Assembly (NCBI GenBank): GCA_905178155.1 | Contig: CAJINV010000008.1 | Coordinates: forward strand, 4,241,420-4,305,419 | Source of the DNA: Amoebophrya sp. A120 | Lineage: Eukaryota; Protista; Dinoflagellata | Direction: 5' to 3' | Length of the DNA stretch: 64,000 nucleotides | Notes under the pieces: generated by a model | What the model was told of the DNA's origin: nothing | The model's input: only the letters and a program-made list of their open reading frames with translations | The model's database searches: none | In this document: piece after piece, positions 1-11,738 of the stretch | Position numbering within the stretch: the first letter of the stretch is position 1 | Layout: each line of letters begins with the position of its first letter | Translations under genes and position numbers: made by a program

Positions 1-100
1 GTCACTTTCGCGGCGATGTTTGCAAGACATGAAACAGCATTTGCATTTTTGAAACAAAAAGTACGCTTTCCGGCCCCTCCATATTCTCCACGCCTCGCAG

Positions 101-3100
101 CTGCGCGCTGTCGCACGCTTGGCACTGGACAACGAAGGTTTGATCGCGTCCCACCCAGACCAGGCCGTCCAGGCGGTTGAGGCCGGCTTCAAGTCCCTGC
201 CCCATGAGGACCAGGTTGGTATCGTCCAATGGATCGACCGATCCCTGAACCCGCCCACGCACCCGTGGATGTACTGATTTTGTTTTAAACTTCTTTAGCT
301 GCATATGTCAGACAGTTTCTCGCAGGCCATAAGAAGCGAGCAAAGGGCTGATTTTGTTTTAAAACCCTGAACAAACCTCATGATCACGCATTCTCAACCC
401 TGCGTTCCTACCTCCATGTAAATGCACACTTCACATAGTCTTTTGTCGTGCGCTATTCATCAATCCATGTGTGAGAAGCTGCCATCCAGTCTGAATTTTG
501 GCACATAATCACAAACTCAATCAACACAGCTCGACGGAGTCTGGCGCAGTCCTGGGTGCCCACGACATCGGTATCACCTTGATGATAACAGCCACGGCCG
601 CTCTTTGTTGCCTTTGTTTCCAAAAACCGCGAAGATGAGAATTGATACTCAAATGGCGGGAGCAGTGGCGAAGACAGCTGTGCACGATTTGTCATGCACA
701 ATTTGTCATGGCGTAGTTGGATCATCTTGCGGCACAAGACGCACAATGTAGTTTCCCGACTAGTTCACTGTGCATCCATGATGACGATATTGCAAATGCA
801 TATGTAGGCGGTTCCGGTTTCAGCGGTAGCTTCGTCATGACGAAACATGTTTTCGTTTCGCGGTTTCCCAGTCATGGGTTGTAGGAGAGGTCCGTGAAGC
901 TTCTTTCATCCCCATACCTGTCGGCTCAACCTTCTACGAAATGTTGCAAATATACTGTCTACTGGGTCCTCTGTACATTTCTGATGCGCTTGCGTCTGCG
1001 CAACCAAGGTTACAGCGATATGCTTTCGTTAGTATGGCGAGTGCTCGTTTTTGCGCATGACACCGAGATGAAGCAACGCATCCCCACGGCGGCATCCACG
1101 CATCCGAAAGCCCAAAAATCTGGTGATGGGATCGAAAGTTTTCTTGCAGTATCATTGGGTCCACACGAGTTGCAAGGAAAATGAATACGTGAGTACTACT
1201 CTACAAAGAGCACAGACTAGTACCCTACGACGCGACCTATTTGCAATGCATACTCTTTTCATCGCGATGAACATGATGTTGGCCTTCACCGTTTTCTTCC
1301 TGCTCGAGCGAAACGCAGTGCCCGCCCAGTGGAAGCGGTCCGTCACCGTCGCCATGCTTGTCACGGGCGTCGCGTATTGAAATACAATTTAGATAGATGA
1401 GTGCTTCTTGATTCTTCGCCTCGCTTGTTTCACGCAGGCGGCGTTGAGCCTAGTATCCTCCTTGACAGAGTAACAGAACATTTTGAGGCGGAAAAAGAAA
1501 TGCTACGGGGACAAGTTAGTTGCCCTTTTGGCATAGCTGGAAGTAGCGTGGTTTGCAGCGAGTTTCAGTGTCTCCTAAAACTGTGAGGACTGATGATGCG
1601 TGACATGTGCAGCTCTAACTCAACTAAAACAAAACTACAGGTTCTGGAACTACTTCTACATGCGAGGGGCGTGATATGCAGGGAAGCGAGGTGTTTCGGT
1701 TCTGGAAATCGGTCCTTTACAAGTTCGTCTTGTTTGTAAACTGCCATGTACGACAAGATTCTAATGTCATGCGCAATATTGGAAGTTGAACTTGAAGTGG
1801 TTGTTGAGGGAGCGCTCCGGGGGCTCGATGTCTTTCTCTGTGGCTAATGCTTGAAAGAACAGTTTTTTGTATTCTGGGAGCGTCGCGCTTTTGGGCTTGT
1901 TCATGATACGCATGCGACGCGAGGATTTCGATTTTCCCAGTGAGGTATCTTCCATTGAGCCCAACTAGAATCGTGACCGACTCCTTCCCCTGCATACGCT
2001 GGTGAAGACGCAGCAGAGTATCCGCCACGACACAAAAAGATAAAGGATCCGAGTTTTTGCCATGATAAGTAATTTAGTCGTATAAATTATTTTTTCTACT
2101 AAAAAACATGTTGCTGTTCTGGTGAATTCTGGTGATGATGTTCTCTACCTATGTAATGATTCACCAACTAAACAAAAATTCGTGCTCCACGTGCGAACGT
2201 TTTGGCATTTCATACTCCGCCCAACCGTCTACCGGTACACCGATATCGCACACAGAAGGTTGTAGTGCTGTGACGACCACATCTGTGCTCTGCTGTTTTG
2301 CATTAATTCGATTCCGACCACTGAGGTCGTTCTTTTAATGTTGCGTTCGTGGCAGTAAGGACGCCGGAATTGTAGAGTAGAAATAGGGTTTGTCATGCGC
2401 CTTTTAGAGATGAAGAAGAAACAGGAGGTCAGGCACTATTTTTTTGCAGGGTGCAAGAGAAGAAATGAAGAACCAAAACAACGTATGTGTCTGACCACTT
2501 CTTTGAAATTTGTACTGATGCATATGTAAGAGGTTGCAGTAATACGTCTTTTTCTTTTCATACCTCACTGGCTGATCACCGTGCCGCTCCAGATCGTCGA
2601 GTTCTATCTGATCCTGCAGGTACAAGTGTTTTTCGTTTCGATTGATGCTTTCCCAATGCAGAATAATATCATGAATGATCGCTCCCTAGTCGAAATCCAC
2701 ATCTTTTTGACATGAGCAAGTTGCAAACCTAGATTGCGAAACCGCACTGGAATAATACACACGAAACATCCATTTCCTTTTTGAACTACTCGTTGCTCTG
2801 TGGCACCTACAGCTGCAAACAGTCGTCAAATCATGAAAAGCTGTTGACTGAAATGTAAAAGGAAGGAAGTGGAAGACAACATCCTTTAAAAAAAAGCAGT
2901 ACGTACTGAAAAGTATTTTGATTTCACGTCACTTTCAGGCTACGACCAACGTGTCTGTGATGCTGTTCTGGCGCCTCTTGATTGCTTCCATCGTCATGCT
3001 GGTCGGCGGGTTCTGCGGTGAGGTCGGCGCCTGCTCCGTGTTGGTCGGCTTCGTGGTCGGCATGTTGGGCTGGTTGTACATCCTGTTCGAGGTCTTCTGC

Positions 3101-3944
3101 GGGGAGGCGGGCGCGATCGTATCCTGTGCAAAAGTATCGTACTCGTACTAATTGCAAATATGCATGACAAATCTTCTTCTTAAGGTAAAACAGCATTACA
3201 AATTCGATTTCTCTTCTTGCCATAATTTGTAATGCAATTTATGCTAGTGCGATGCTTTTGCAATGCATAGATCGCCGGCAACGCCAACTCCAAGGCCTGC
3301 GCGTCCGCGTTCAACACCCTGTATCCTGAGTGAAAACGTCCCCACACCAGAGTTGTCATGCAGATTTGCCATGACAGGAACAGTTGTGATGCGCAACCCC
3401 ATGACAGGCATTTTCAATCGTGTTTGGGAACTTTCAGCAGATCGATTTGTGATGCGGCTTTCCTTGCTAACTGCACTACCTTACGGACTGAAACTTGTCA
3501 CGCGTGACTCCCAAAAGTTCTAGGCTTGTGCTGCAAAGTCCCCATCTTGACTCTGGTGTGGGGACGTTTTTAATCAGGACGCCCTGCGCTTGATCGTCTC
3601 CGTGGGCTGGGCCATCTACCCGATCGGCTACTACATGGTCTACTTGGGCCCGACCTTCTCCTACCACGCCGACTCCGTCGTCAACATCATCTACAACTTG
3701 GCTGGTAAGTAGTTAGATAGCGCTACAACAACGTTGCAAGGATAGAATCACGTTGTTGTGCCATGCTCTGCTCTACAATTTTTTGTCGCCCCGAGTTGTA
3801 AGGAGGTGTTTCTTGCGTTATGCAGTGATGTGGGTTCCTAATTCTATGCTTTATTCAGTTCTGGATCAAAAAAAAACCAACACAGATTTCGTCAACAAGG
3901 GTGCCTTCGGCCTGTGCATCTGGGCCGCCGCCTATGTAGTGTAA
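101..3944 (+). CDS. Proteorhodopsin paralog 1 (multi-exon; 5' end probably outside the window, last exon uncertain)
   Basis: Exons ~101-270, 530-570, 921-933, 1257-1373, 1641-1673, 2001-2017, 2219-2242, 2567-2619, 2939-3118, 3274-3320, 3586-3704, 3886-~3930 join to ...HDIVGSTFFIAMNMMLAFTVFFLLERNAVPAQWKRSVTVAMLVTGVAFWNYFYMRGAWVKTQQSPTVYRYTDWLITVPLQIVEFYLIL...GWAIYPIGYY...NIIYNLADFVNKGAFGLCIW. Contains the helix C RYxDW motif and the retinal-binding DxxxK motif. Confidence 0.93.
572..916. mobile_element. Old introner in rhodopsin 1
   Basis: TATC...CATA termini; removing 571-920 joins ATC G|TC GGC (DIVG). TIR is weak. Confidence 0.65.
935..1252. mobile_element. Old introner in rhodopsin 1
   Basis: TACG..TTGCAAATA / TATTTGCAATGCATA ends; removing 934-1256 joins TT|T TTC ATC. 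Confidence 0.7.
1675..1996. mobile_element. Introner in rhodopsin 1 (AT...CT intron)
   Basis: TIR TATGCAGGGAAG / CTTCCCCTGCATA; flanks CGTGA/CGCTG; removing 1674-2000 restores the TG|G Trp codon. Confidence 0.85.
2019..2214. mobile_element. Old introner in rhodopsin 1
   Basis: TATC...CATA; removing 2018-2218 gives A|GC CCA ACC (SPT). Confidence 0.7.
2244..2562. mobile_element. Old introner (family E-like) splitting the Asp97 codon
   Basis: TATC...CATA; flanks ACCGA/CCTCA; removing 2243-2566 gives ACC G|AC TGG (TDW). Confidence 0.8.
3120..3269. mobile_element. Introner, 150 bp
   Basis: TATCCTGTGCAAAAG...CTTTTGCAATGCATA; exact TSD GATCG. Confidence 0.85.
3322..3581. mobile_element. Introner family A
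   Basis: ~30-bp TIR TATCCTGAGTGAAAACGTCCCCACACCAGAG; TSD CCCTG; close copy at 51321-51599. Confidence 0.95.
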
Positions 3945-6900
3945 CCCGTGGTCTGGATCTGGAAGCAAAGCGGGCAAAATTTTCACATTGCGTGACAGCT
4001 GTATATAAATCTTGCCGAAAATGACATTGGTGTTGCTGGTCTCTCGCTCACGAGGTTGCGATTGGCAACATTTCTGCTTGGGCCCCTTCAGGGCTCGTCC
4101 GCTACCGTAACATCATGCAACTTCTGTCACGCACAGTGCAGGTTGAAATTGAAACTGCAAGTGATGCCGGGCATCACAGTGCAGGTTGAAATGAAACCGT
4201 AAACCCTAAACCCCTGTCACGCTCATGCATTGATTGCCGGGCAAGGGCAAACCGCTTTTATGATTTGCTGTTGTACATCAATTGTGTCTGTCAGTATCCG
4301 CTTCCTAGAAAAAACCAGACCCGCTCGTCCCACTGCATACGCGGAAGTCGGACGTGAAGAAGGGCCTCCTGGCTTAAGTGCGCTTGCAGCTCAGCGTCAG
4401 AGTTTTAGTACGCACACCGCCATGAACGAATTCACTAAAATGTAGATGTAGAAACAGAGCAACGTGCAATGTCGCTTTTATTTTTACCACGCACGGCGTA
4501 GAAGTATCTACCATATGAAACAAACCATAACACGTGGCAAAAGCGAAGGACTGCGAGCAACGGCACGCGATGCTGCTCATGACAATATCATGCGGCGGAA
4601 AGGAAATTAGGAGTTGGAAAATAAGTAACCACTTGATAGCACATTACTTTCTCAAGTTTCGTTGATGCGAACAGTACATCAATCAGGATAAGACCCTTTT
4701 TACTAGTTGTAGTTGTTTCTCAACTACCATCCAGGCGGAAAACTACGTTCTCTGTACTTTTGGAACGCCAGAACGTAGAAGACCACGCTCTGATCTACTT
4801 ATGAACCAGGGCACATGCAAACGTGGTCACTAGTGAAAGGGACCAGAACGAGTCAGTGATCAATAGTATCCAGCGGAAAAGTCTCCGTCCCGCCACAGAA
4901 GTAGGTCCGTAATCCGCCGTCCGTGCGGCTAGCAGCACTTGTTTGCAAGACGGTAGAAAAGTTCTTCAGCAGTAGGCCAACCAGCTGCGGAAATTTGAAA
5001 GAAGGGCCGCACTTACTAGGGCTTTTGGGGATGGCGACTTTCGCGCTGGATACACATTGGCAACAGCAAGTCAGCACCTATCAGAATCATTTTACCAGTT
5101 TAGAATCAGGAATAGAACCAATAAGTTTTGTGAAGGTTTAGCAATTAGGTTTCAAATTTTTACACTTGCGCACCTGCAAGAAAAACAGAACTGCGCTTGC
5201 GCAAGTCGAAGTTGGGCATCAGTTATTGGAGCCCGCAGGTGCAGGAAATTTCGAAGTACAGAAACACGCCCACACCTGTCGCTTTATCGGCCGACAATTT
5301 TATTACACTGCGCCTCTAGGACTGCATGCAGACGCACTGGAAGCATAAGTTGATGAGACGAACCTGCATCACGCTACACAGTCGGGACGGGAGAAGAGGC
5401 ATGATAGGCAGCGTGTGCGGTATTTTTACCTCTCGAAATTTTCTCGTTAGACAGTATGGGTTGATGATTATCATTAAGCACAACTACAGGATAATTGTAA
5501 GGGATCCTCATTACGTTCAAATCTGGAGGACCATATCCTCATCTCATGTAGAATCACAGTATCATCTATATCGGACCGCATAGCAGAAAAAGAAGGACCC
5601 TGACCCGTTGCTGCGGGAGGTACGCAAAGCACTCATACACCCCCGCCTCTTTCAGACTGGTCTTGGCACTGTAGGGATGAGAATGAATAACAAGTAAACC
5701 TGAAATGTGTGTTGAACCGATCATGCTGAAATTTTTGTACAGAAGAAGTGCTGGTGACTCGCAGCCATCTGTTAAAGCCTGCGCAAAGTTGCAGACAAAT
5801 TTGCACCACAGCAGTCGGGGCAATCATGTTGCCAGCCTCTCATCTTGCATGACGACAATGTAGGCGGGGGTATGTTTGTCAATCATACAGGATACGCCAT
5901 ATGTAGAAAACATTCAGGGATTCTCGAACACTACTATCGAATGCAAATATACCGGGTTTCGCGACAAGATAGCACCTCGTCAGCATGATCTTGTATTGCG
6001 AGAGAAAAGTTCACATTTGCGATATGCCGATGCAAATTTCATCATACCTTTAGTGGTGCTGAAAACACATGATTTTCTTGTCGGGAAATGAGGCATATTT
6101 TCTCCATGCATAATCAGCAACACACTGCAAAAGTTGTAGCCCATTGCGTAGGCTGACGACGGTTGCAGCCGAGAGCTATGCTACAGGTCGCAGATTTGAC
6201 ACATGCGTGAACATGATAAGTTTTCCGAAACAGCAAACGACGGTAAAACACATCAAAAAACACATTTTTTAATACTTATAAAGAGAGCGCAACAAAGCGG
6301 CGTCTCCTGCAAGAAGTTCCATGATTCTTGCATCGCCCGCTCGAGCACGAGGCTCCTTTGTGGTGCTATCGAATAGTGGCGCTGCACGTTCAACCTCGGT
6401 GCTGTGTTGCTCTTTTTGTGTCAAATACTTGCTTGGCCTCATTGCTTTGTGATTGTCGTATACTGCTTACTGTTTGACAGCGTTTGCAATATGTTTTGCA
6501 TGTAAATGAGTGACCGAAGTCAGACGTAGAAGTGGAATTTTCTTTCGCTCTGTCCCTGCCGTCAGCGTGATATCTCCAGTGGCAAAAAATTTGAGCGTAG
6601 CGGGCCTAGTTGTACCTCAGGGCACTACATCTTCGTCGGTCGCAAGCGCAAGAAATTCGGTTCCAGCAGAGCGAATGAATGAGCGACCTTTTTTTTTCAC
6701 GAATGCGTTTGTACGTACAATAGAAATTCACTTTCTCGGTGATGCCTCCTCTGTCAACGTCGGTGCGCGTTTGTTTTTCACCACTAAGCGTCCCCTTATA
6801 TCCTGGTTGTACACCACGAGAGACTGATACCACCTAATTTCAAACAATGTTTTTTGTACTCCCGGCTGGGAATTTTTAAATTGATTTCGTTGTATCATCC

Positions 6901-7454
6901 TGGTGACCAGTGAGGGACAAAATTTTTGTTTATCCGCTTCTCATTCACACCCCCGCCTCGTAAACTCCACCCAGGGCCCAAGGAGAAAACCCGAGAGAGA
7001 CAAGTAGACCCACCTCAGCATCTGTGGAGAGTGCTGTTTAGAAAAAGTAAAGCAACTAGCTTTTGAACAACTCTTGTTGACAATTCCAGTACCGTAGGAA
7101 GAAGAGAGAAAGGCTTGAAGGTCGTAGGTGTAGTATCCACGGCAAAAAACATGTCTGGTTCTGGAAAAGTGCCGCTGTTTGATGTATGCATGAGCACAGA
7201 ATAAACAATGAAATGGTCGGGACCTTTTTTCAGACGCATTGCTGCAGTGAATGCCCAGCAGCGGATTGCTTTGCTTGCAAACGCAATCCACCGTTTGCAT
7301 GACATGATATACCTCTTAAAACAGTTTGGGCGACCACGTGCATTCTCCCCACGGTTTTATCAGTGCACTTTGTGAAGAATTGGCGCTTTCCAGGGTTGTA
7401 CTCCAGACATGTTTGCATTGCATCTGTGGTCTTAGAAACGTTTTTCCAGAGAAG

Positions 7455-10084
7455 ATGGTGATTACGTCCGAGCAGATCGGCGCCGCCGAGGGCGCCTTCG
7501 AGAAGATGCCGCTGTCCGAGAAGATCGATGCCATCAAGGCGCTCGCCCGCGCGGAGCGGTCCGCTGCCGCCAACCCCTACGGCTTCCCGCTGTCCAGCAC
7601 TGGTACTACTTTAAAATAGAAGTGTATGTTTTTTCGACTGCTCAAAGGTAGGGATTATGTTGGTTGTTGCAGGTGGAGATGTTGACAAGTGGTATTGGAA
7701 AGCACCAGATTTCATTTCGAAAGCTGTACACTATTCTGCTGAACATCGAAAGGGAAAAAGAATCGCGGAGCATGATGATCATATGATTGTTTTGCAGAGA
7801 CTTTTTAGAGACAGAAACAGTCATCTGGTACTTCCGCATTGACTTTTCACGACGCTTCTTGAAAGTGCAGATGGAAACGTACCTACACTCAGGTATCCCG
7901 ATCGTCCAGGGCATGAACGACGACAGCGTGTTGGGCTCCCACGACATCGTCGGTGTCACCTTCGTACGCGCTGTGAAAGCTGCCCTCTCTTGGTTCTTTC
8001 TCATCGGTTCTTTAAAGTAACTGTCCCTGTCTGTTGTTTGTAACGAGAAGTTGCGAAATAGTAAGTGCGGACCGGCGCAGTAAGTAAGTAATCATGCTTG
8101 TCGTTGTGGACTGGTACAATAATAAGTTCACGTGCTGTATCACAGAGGGGCTTTTGCAACAAGTGCATATCGGTGGATTGCGTGCGCGTCCATGTTGGCG
8201 GGTTCCGTGTTCTTCTTCTCCGAGCGGGCCACCGTCCCAGAAAAGTGGAAGACCTCCGTCACCGTCGCGGGTCTCGTTACCGGCATTGCCTTCTGGTATG
8301 AAAGTTTAGTTTCTGTAAAAACATGACTCATGAACATGATGCAGATGAACAACAAACCTAGCGAACTTCGATGAGGTCGTGACTTGATTTTTTCAAGAAC
8401 ACCCTGGCACAATCAAGAAGATATGTGGACAAAATAATCAGGAACTACTGCTTCATGCGTGAGTCATGGGTCGAGACCCAGACCTCCCCAACGGTGTACC
8501 GGTACACGGACTGGCTGATCACTGTGCCACTGCAGATCATTGAGTTCTACCTGATCCTGAAGGCCGTCCTGCCCAACATCAGCTCCGCACTGTTCTACCG
8601 CCTCATGGCCGAGTCCGTCCTCATGTTGCTGTGCGGCTGGGCCGGCGAGACTGGAATCGTCTCCGTCCTTTGCGGCTTCATCCCGGGTAATAGCTGGTTT
8701 TAGTTTTTCTGACAAGCAGTAGTTGAGGAACTGAAGAAAATTTCTCTCCCTTGTCGTGCGATGCATCGTCGTATTTATTAGTCTCAGAGTAGAATTGCAG
8801 TTGCATTGCAGTCATGTTTAAAGTAGTAGCCGCATTAGTAGCTTTAGATGGGGAGTACGCAATGAAAGCTACACTTGGATGGGTGCGATGAAAAAAATTG
8901 CAACGACGGCACAAAATCCTCGACATTCACAGGTATGCTGTGCTGGTTCGCCCTCATCTACGAGATGTTCACCGGTGAAGCTGGTCAGTTGGCTGCTGTA
9001 TGAGATGAAACGTCGGCGCGCTCGCACATGGCTACACCACCGAGTGAAATTGTTAGCAGGATAGGATTTTAGTTTGCATTGCAATCATCGACTCGGCGGA
9101 TGTTGGGGGCATGTGAAAAAACCGGGCACATTGGCATTTCTACTCCGCTTGTCAGAAACACGCTGCTCCTTGCGCCGACCGCTTATGCTTGAAGCGGAAG
9201 ATGTAATCTGGTAACTTCTGGCTTTAAATAAACGCATGGTGGTGTCCTGCTATCCATGTGCTCGCGACCTCATTTTCCGCTGCATAGCCTGGCTGCGGGA
9301 ACAAGGCGTGCCTCTCTGCCTTCAACACCATGCGCCTGATCATCACCGTTGGCTGGTATCATCATGTTTCTTTTCCTATGGTGCCAATAGACACGTGTAA
9401 TAACTGGAGAAGACCACATGCTATTGTCTTGTCGACGACACAGAGTTCGTCCTGCACAAACAAATTTGGTATCAAGAAGTACTTGTGAGAAACTTTATAA
9501 TTGAATCAAAACAGGGCCATCTACCCGTTGGGCTACTACCTGACCTTGTTGGGCCCCTTATGAAAGATGACTGGACCCCCCCTCTCTCCAAGATTGATTC
9601 CGAGGGAATCATTGAGCACCGCGTTTATTGAGCTCTGGTTGGGCATGCCGCGGTGCAAAAATCTGCAGAACGCTGCCTTTGAACTAAAGCATTCGAACTA
9701 CCGTTTGATCTTTCTGCATGTGAGCTAAAAGAGATTTCGGGGGAGAGGGCTGCTGTCCACTGGCATATTCCACCGCCACCTACCACGAGCAGTCCGTCAT
9801 CAACATCATCTACAACATCGCGGACTTGGTCAACAAGCTCGCCTTCGGTACTCTAAAGATTCAGTTGCTCTCTGTGCAACAGTGACATTTTCATGCCTTA
9901 CACTTTGACTTTTTGCTTGCGAGTAATAGTATTACGTAGCAGCTCGTTTTCAATCATCAGAAACGTGCGTGGTTGAATTGTTATTACTTTCATACCAATG
10001 TGTTGAAAACAAAATTACAATTCCACGAACCAACTTCCAAAAACAGGCTTGTGCATCTGGGGTGCCGCCATCTCTGACAAGTAA
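7455..10084 (+). CDS. Proteorhodopsin paralog 2 (complete, 9 exons, ~65-aa N-terminal extension)
   Basis: Exons 7455-7602, 7893-7963, 8174-8295, 8442-8686, 8933-8997, 9291-9355, 9515-9557, 9772-9847, 10047-10084 give MVITSEQ...DIVGVTFWIACASMLAGSVFFFSERATVPEKWKTSVTVAGLVTGIAFWNYCFMRESWVETQTSPTVYRYTDWLITVPLQIIEF...NIIYNIADLVNKLAFGLCIWGAAISDK*. Confidence 0.95.
7965..8169. mobile_element. Old introner in rhodopsin 2
   Basis: TACG...GCATA; removing 7964-8173 gives TTC|TGG (conserved FW). Confidence 0.75.
8999..9286. mobile_element. Old introner in rhodopsin 2
   Basis: TATG...CATA; flanks TGCTG/GCCTG; removing 8998-9290 restores the frame. Confidence 0.7.
9559..9767. mobile_element. Old introner in rhodopsin 2
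   Basis: TATG...CATA; removing 9558-9771 gives CCC|ACC (GPT, as in paralog 1). Confidence 0.75.
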
Positions 10085-11738
10085 ATGTCGGATCTGATCG
10101 AGATCGACGCCATGACTCGCCTGCTCCTTCAAAAGTAGATAAAACTGTGGGACGAGCTGCGCGGTAGTAGATTTTGTCAACAACACGGCCACCACCACCT
10201 TGGAGAAGGGACACCGCAGCTCTGAAGAGTTCTCACAGTGACGTGAATTTTAGAGCAGTCATGGAACAAGTCGAGGAAGACTTTGTACAGAGACAAAGAA
10301 ATGCAAAACTTTGTCAGGCACAGATGCAAAACTGCAGTTGTAGAAATATCTATCAAGCTCGTGTAAAAATTGTATAGACAACTCGAATAGTAGACACGAC
10401 GGCACAGGTTGCTATTGATACTCAATAATACAGGTTTCATCATCAGACAACAGAAATCAGGTGGAAGAGAGCAATTCGTACGAGAATTGCATTTTTTATC
10501 AATCAGTGTGAATAGATTGCACATCTATTACGGTACGATACAACGACCAAATACAGTTTCGAGGAAAATGTTGTTTCCTTGATTTTTGTACGGACAAAGG
10601 TATGTGGACATACTAGATAGGCGGATGAAGCGCAAAGGCCGAGAGTCGGAGGATACTATCTAAAACACAGAGTCAACAGAAAAGCTTCCACGGTTGTGAT
10701 GTAGTTTCATCACAAGTCGCTGCCAGTAGCAAAGTATCCAGAAATGCGCTACTCGAACACAGTAGAAGGTCGGCTTTTTGTGACACTATCGAACAAGCAG
10801 AGCGCGCCTAGAGGTTCACATCGGCACACTGCTAGAACAATGTGGTCGGAAATCAGAATATCGAAAAGTTTACTGAAAAATGGGAATCAGACTAAATAGG
10901 TTTTAATAGAATCACATCATGTTTTATGATTAAGTAGAAATTGCCACAGAACCATAATAGACATATCTCTCAATCGGACGCATCTATTCAAAACACGACC
11001 GAATTGCATCTGTCTAGGGCAAAAAATATCGTCTGCAATGCATGTCGCGTCGAACTCTATAACCACTTTGCCGTAGGGCGATGCTGTAAAATTATTTTTC
11101 TGCAGTCGCAACCAGCCCGTTCGCGCGAAAGTAGGCGAAGTCACCAGAAGCAACTCCTTGTACGTATTGCAAGCGTTGTGGCAGTCAGACAGAAGGTGTG
11201 GTTTTTGATGTTGTGCAGGAAGCAATTTTCTGTGAACAGCAGAGATGAACATGAATAACTTTTTGAAAATAAGACATTGTCGGAATCCAGCTTTCCCACG
11301 GCAAGCTTCATCGAAGCAGGCCTGAAAGCTGTGAGCAGTAAAATCAGTTTTTACAGAATGAGAATCACACGAAATAAAAACAAAAATTTGCAATGCAGTA
11401 AGCAGGCATTGTATGGCCACCACAGTGCAAGTACCTTACCAGGGCTTTGTTCTAGTACACACCAGGCTCGCAGTCTTTCGAGATGACCACGTATGTTGTC
11501 CACCCGTTGACTGTACAATTGTGAGGATGGAGAGAAGATGGAGATGGGACGAGGAAGTTCTTTCATTGAAATGAAAAATGAAAACAAAGACGCGTGCTAC
11601 TGGCTAAGTCATCCACCTATTATTTTCATGATTATGCGCGCGAGTCTGATGCAATGCAACCCCAAACCGATTGTGACAAGTACAGACAGTCCAATTCAGC
11701 GTTGAAGCAAGTGAGTCGGTTCATACCTGTATGCGAAA

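Noticed and set aside
1378-1380. TGA where Trp is expected in rhodopsin 1 (also TGA at 1672-1674), suggesting stop-codon reassignment
   Set aside because: The first lies within a GT-AG intron (1374-1640). The second is resolved by splicing to TG|G. The long ORFs show no in-frame stops.
4600-7300. Minus-strand coding-like fragments
   Set aside because: Interrupted by stops, with no recognisable domain. Possibly decayed sequence, not callable.
10200-11500. 168-aa minus-strand ORF 10917-11423
   Set aside because: No motif or compositional support.
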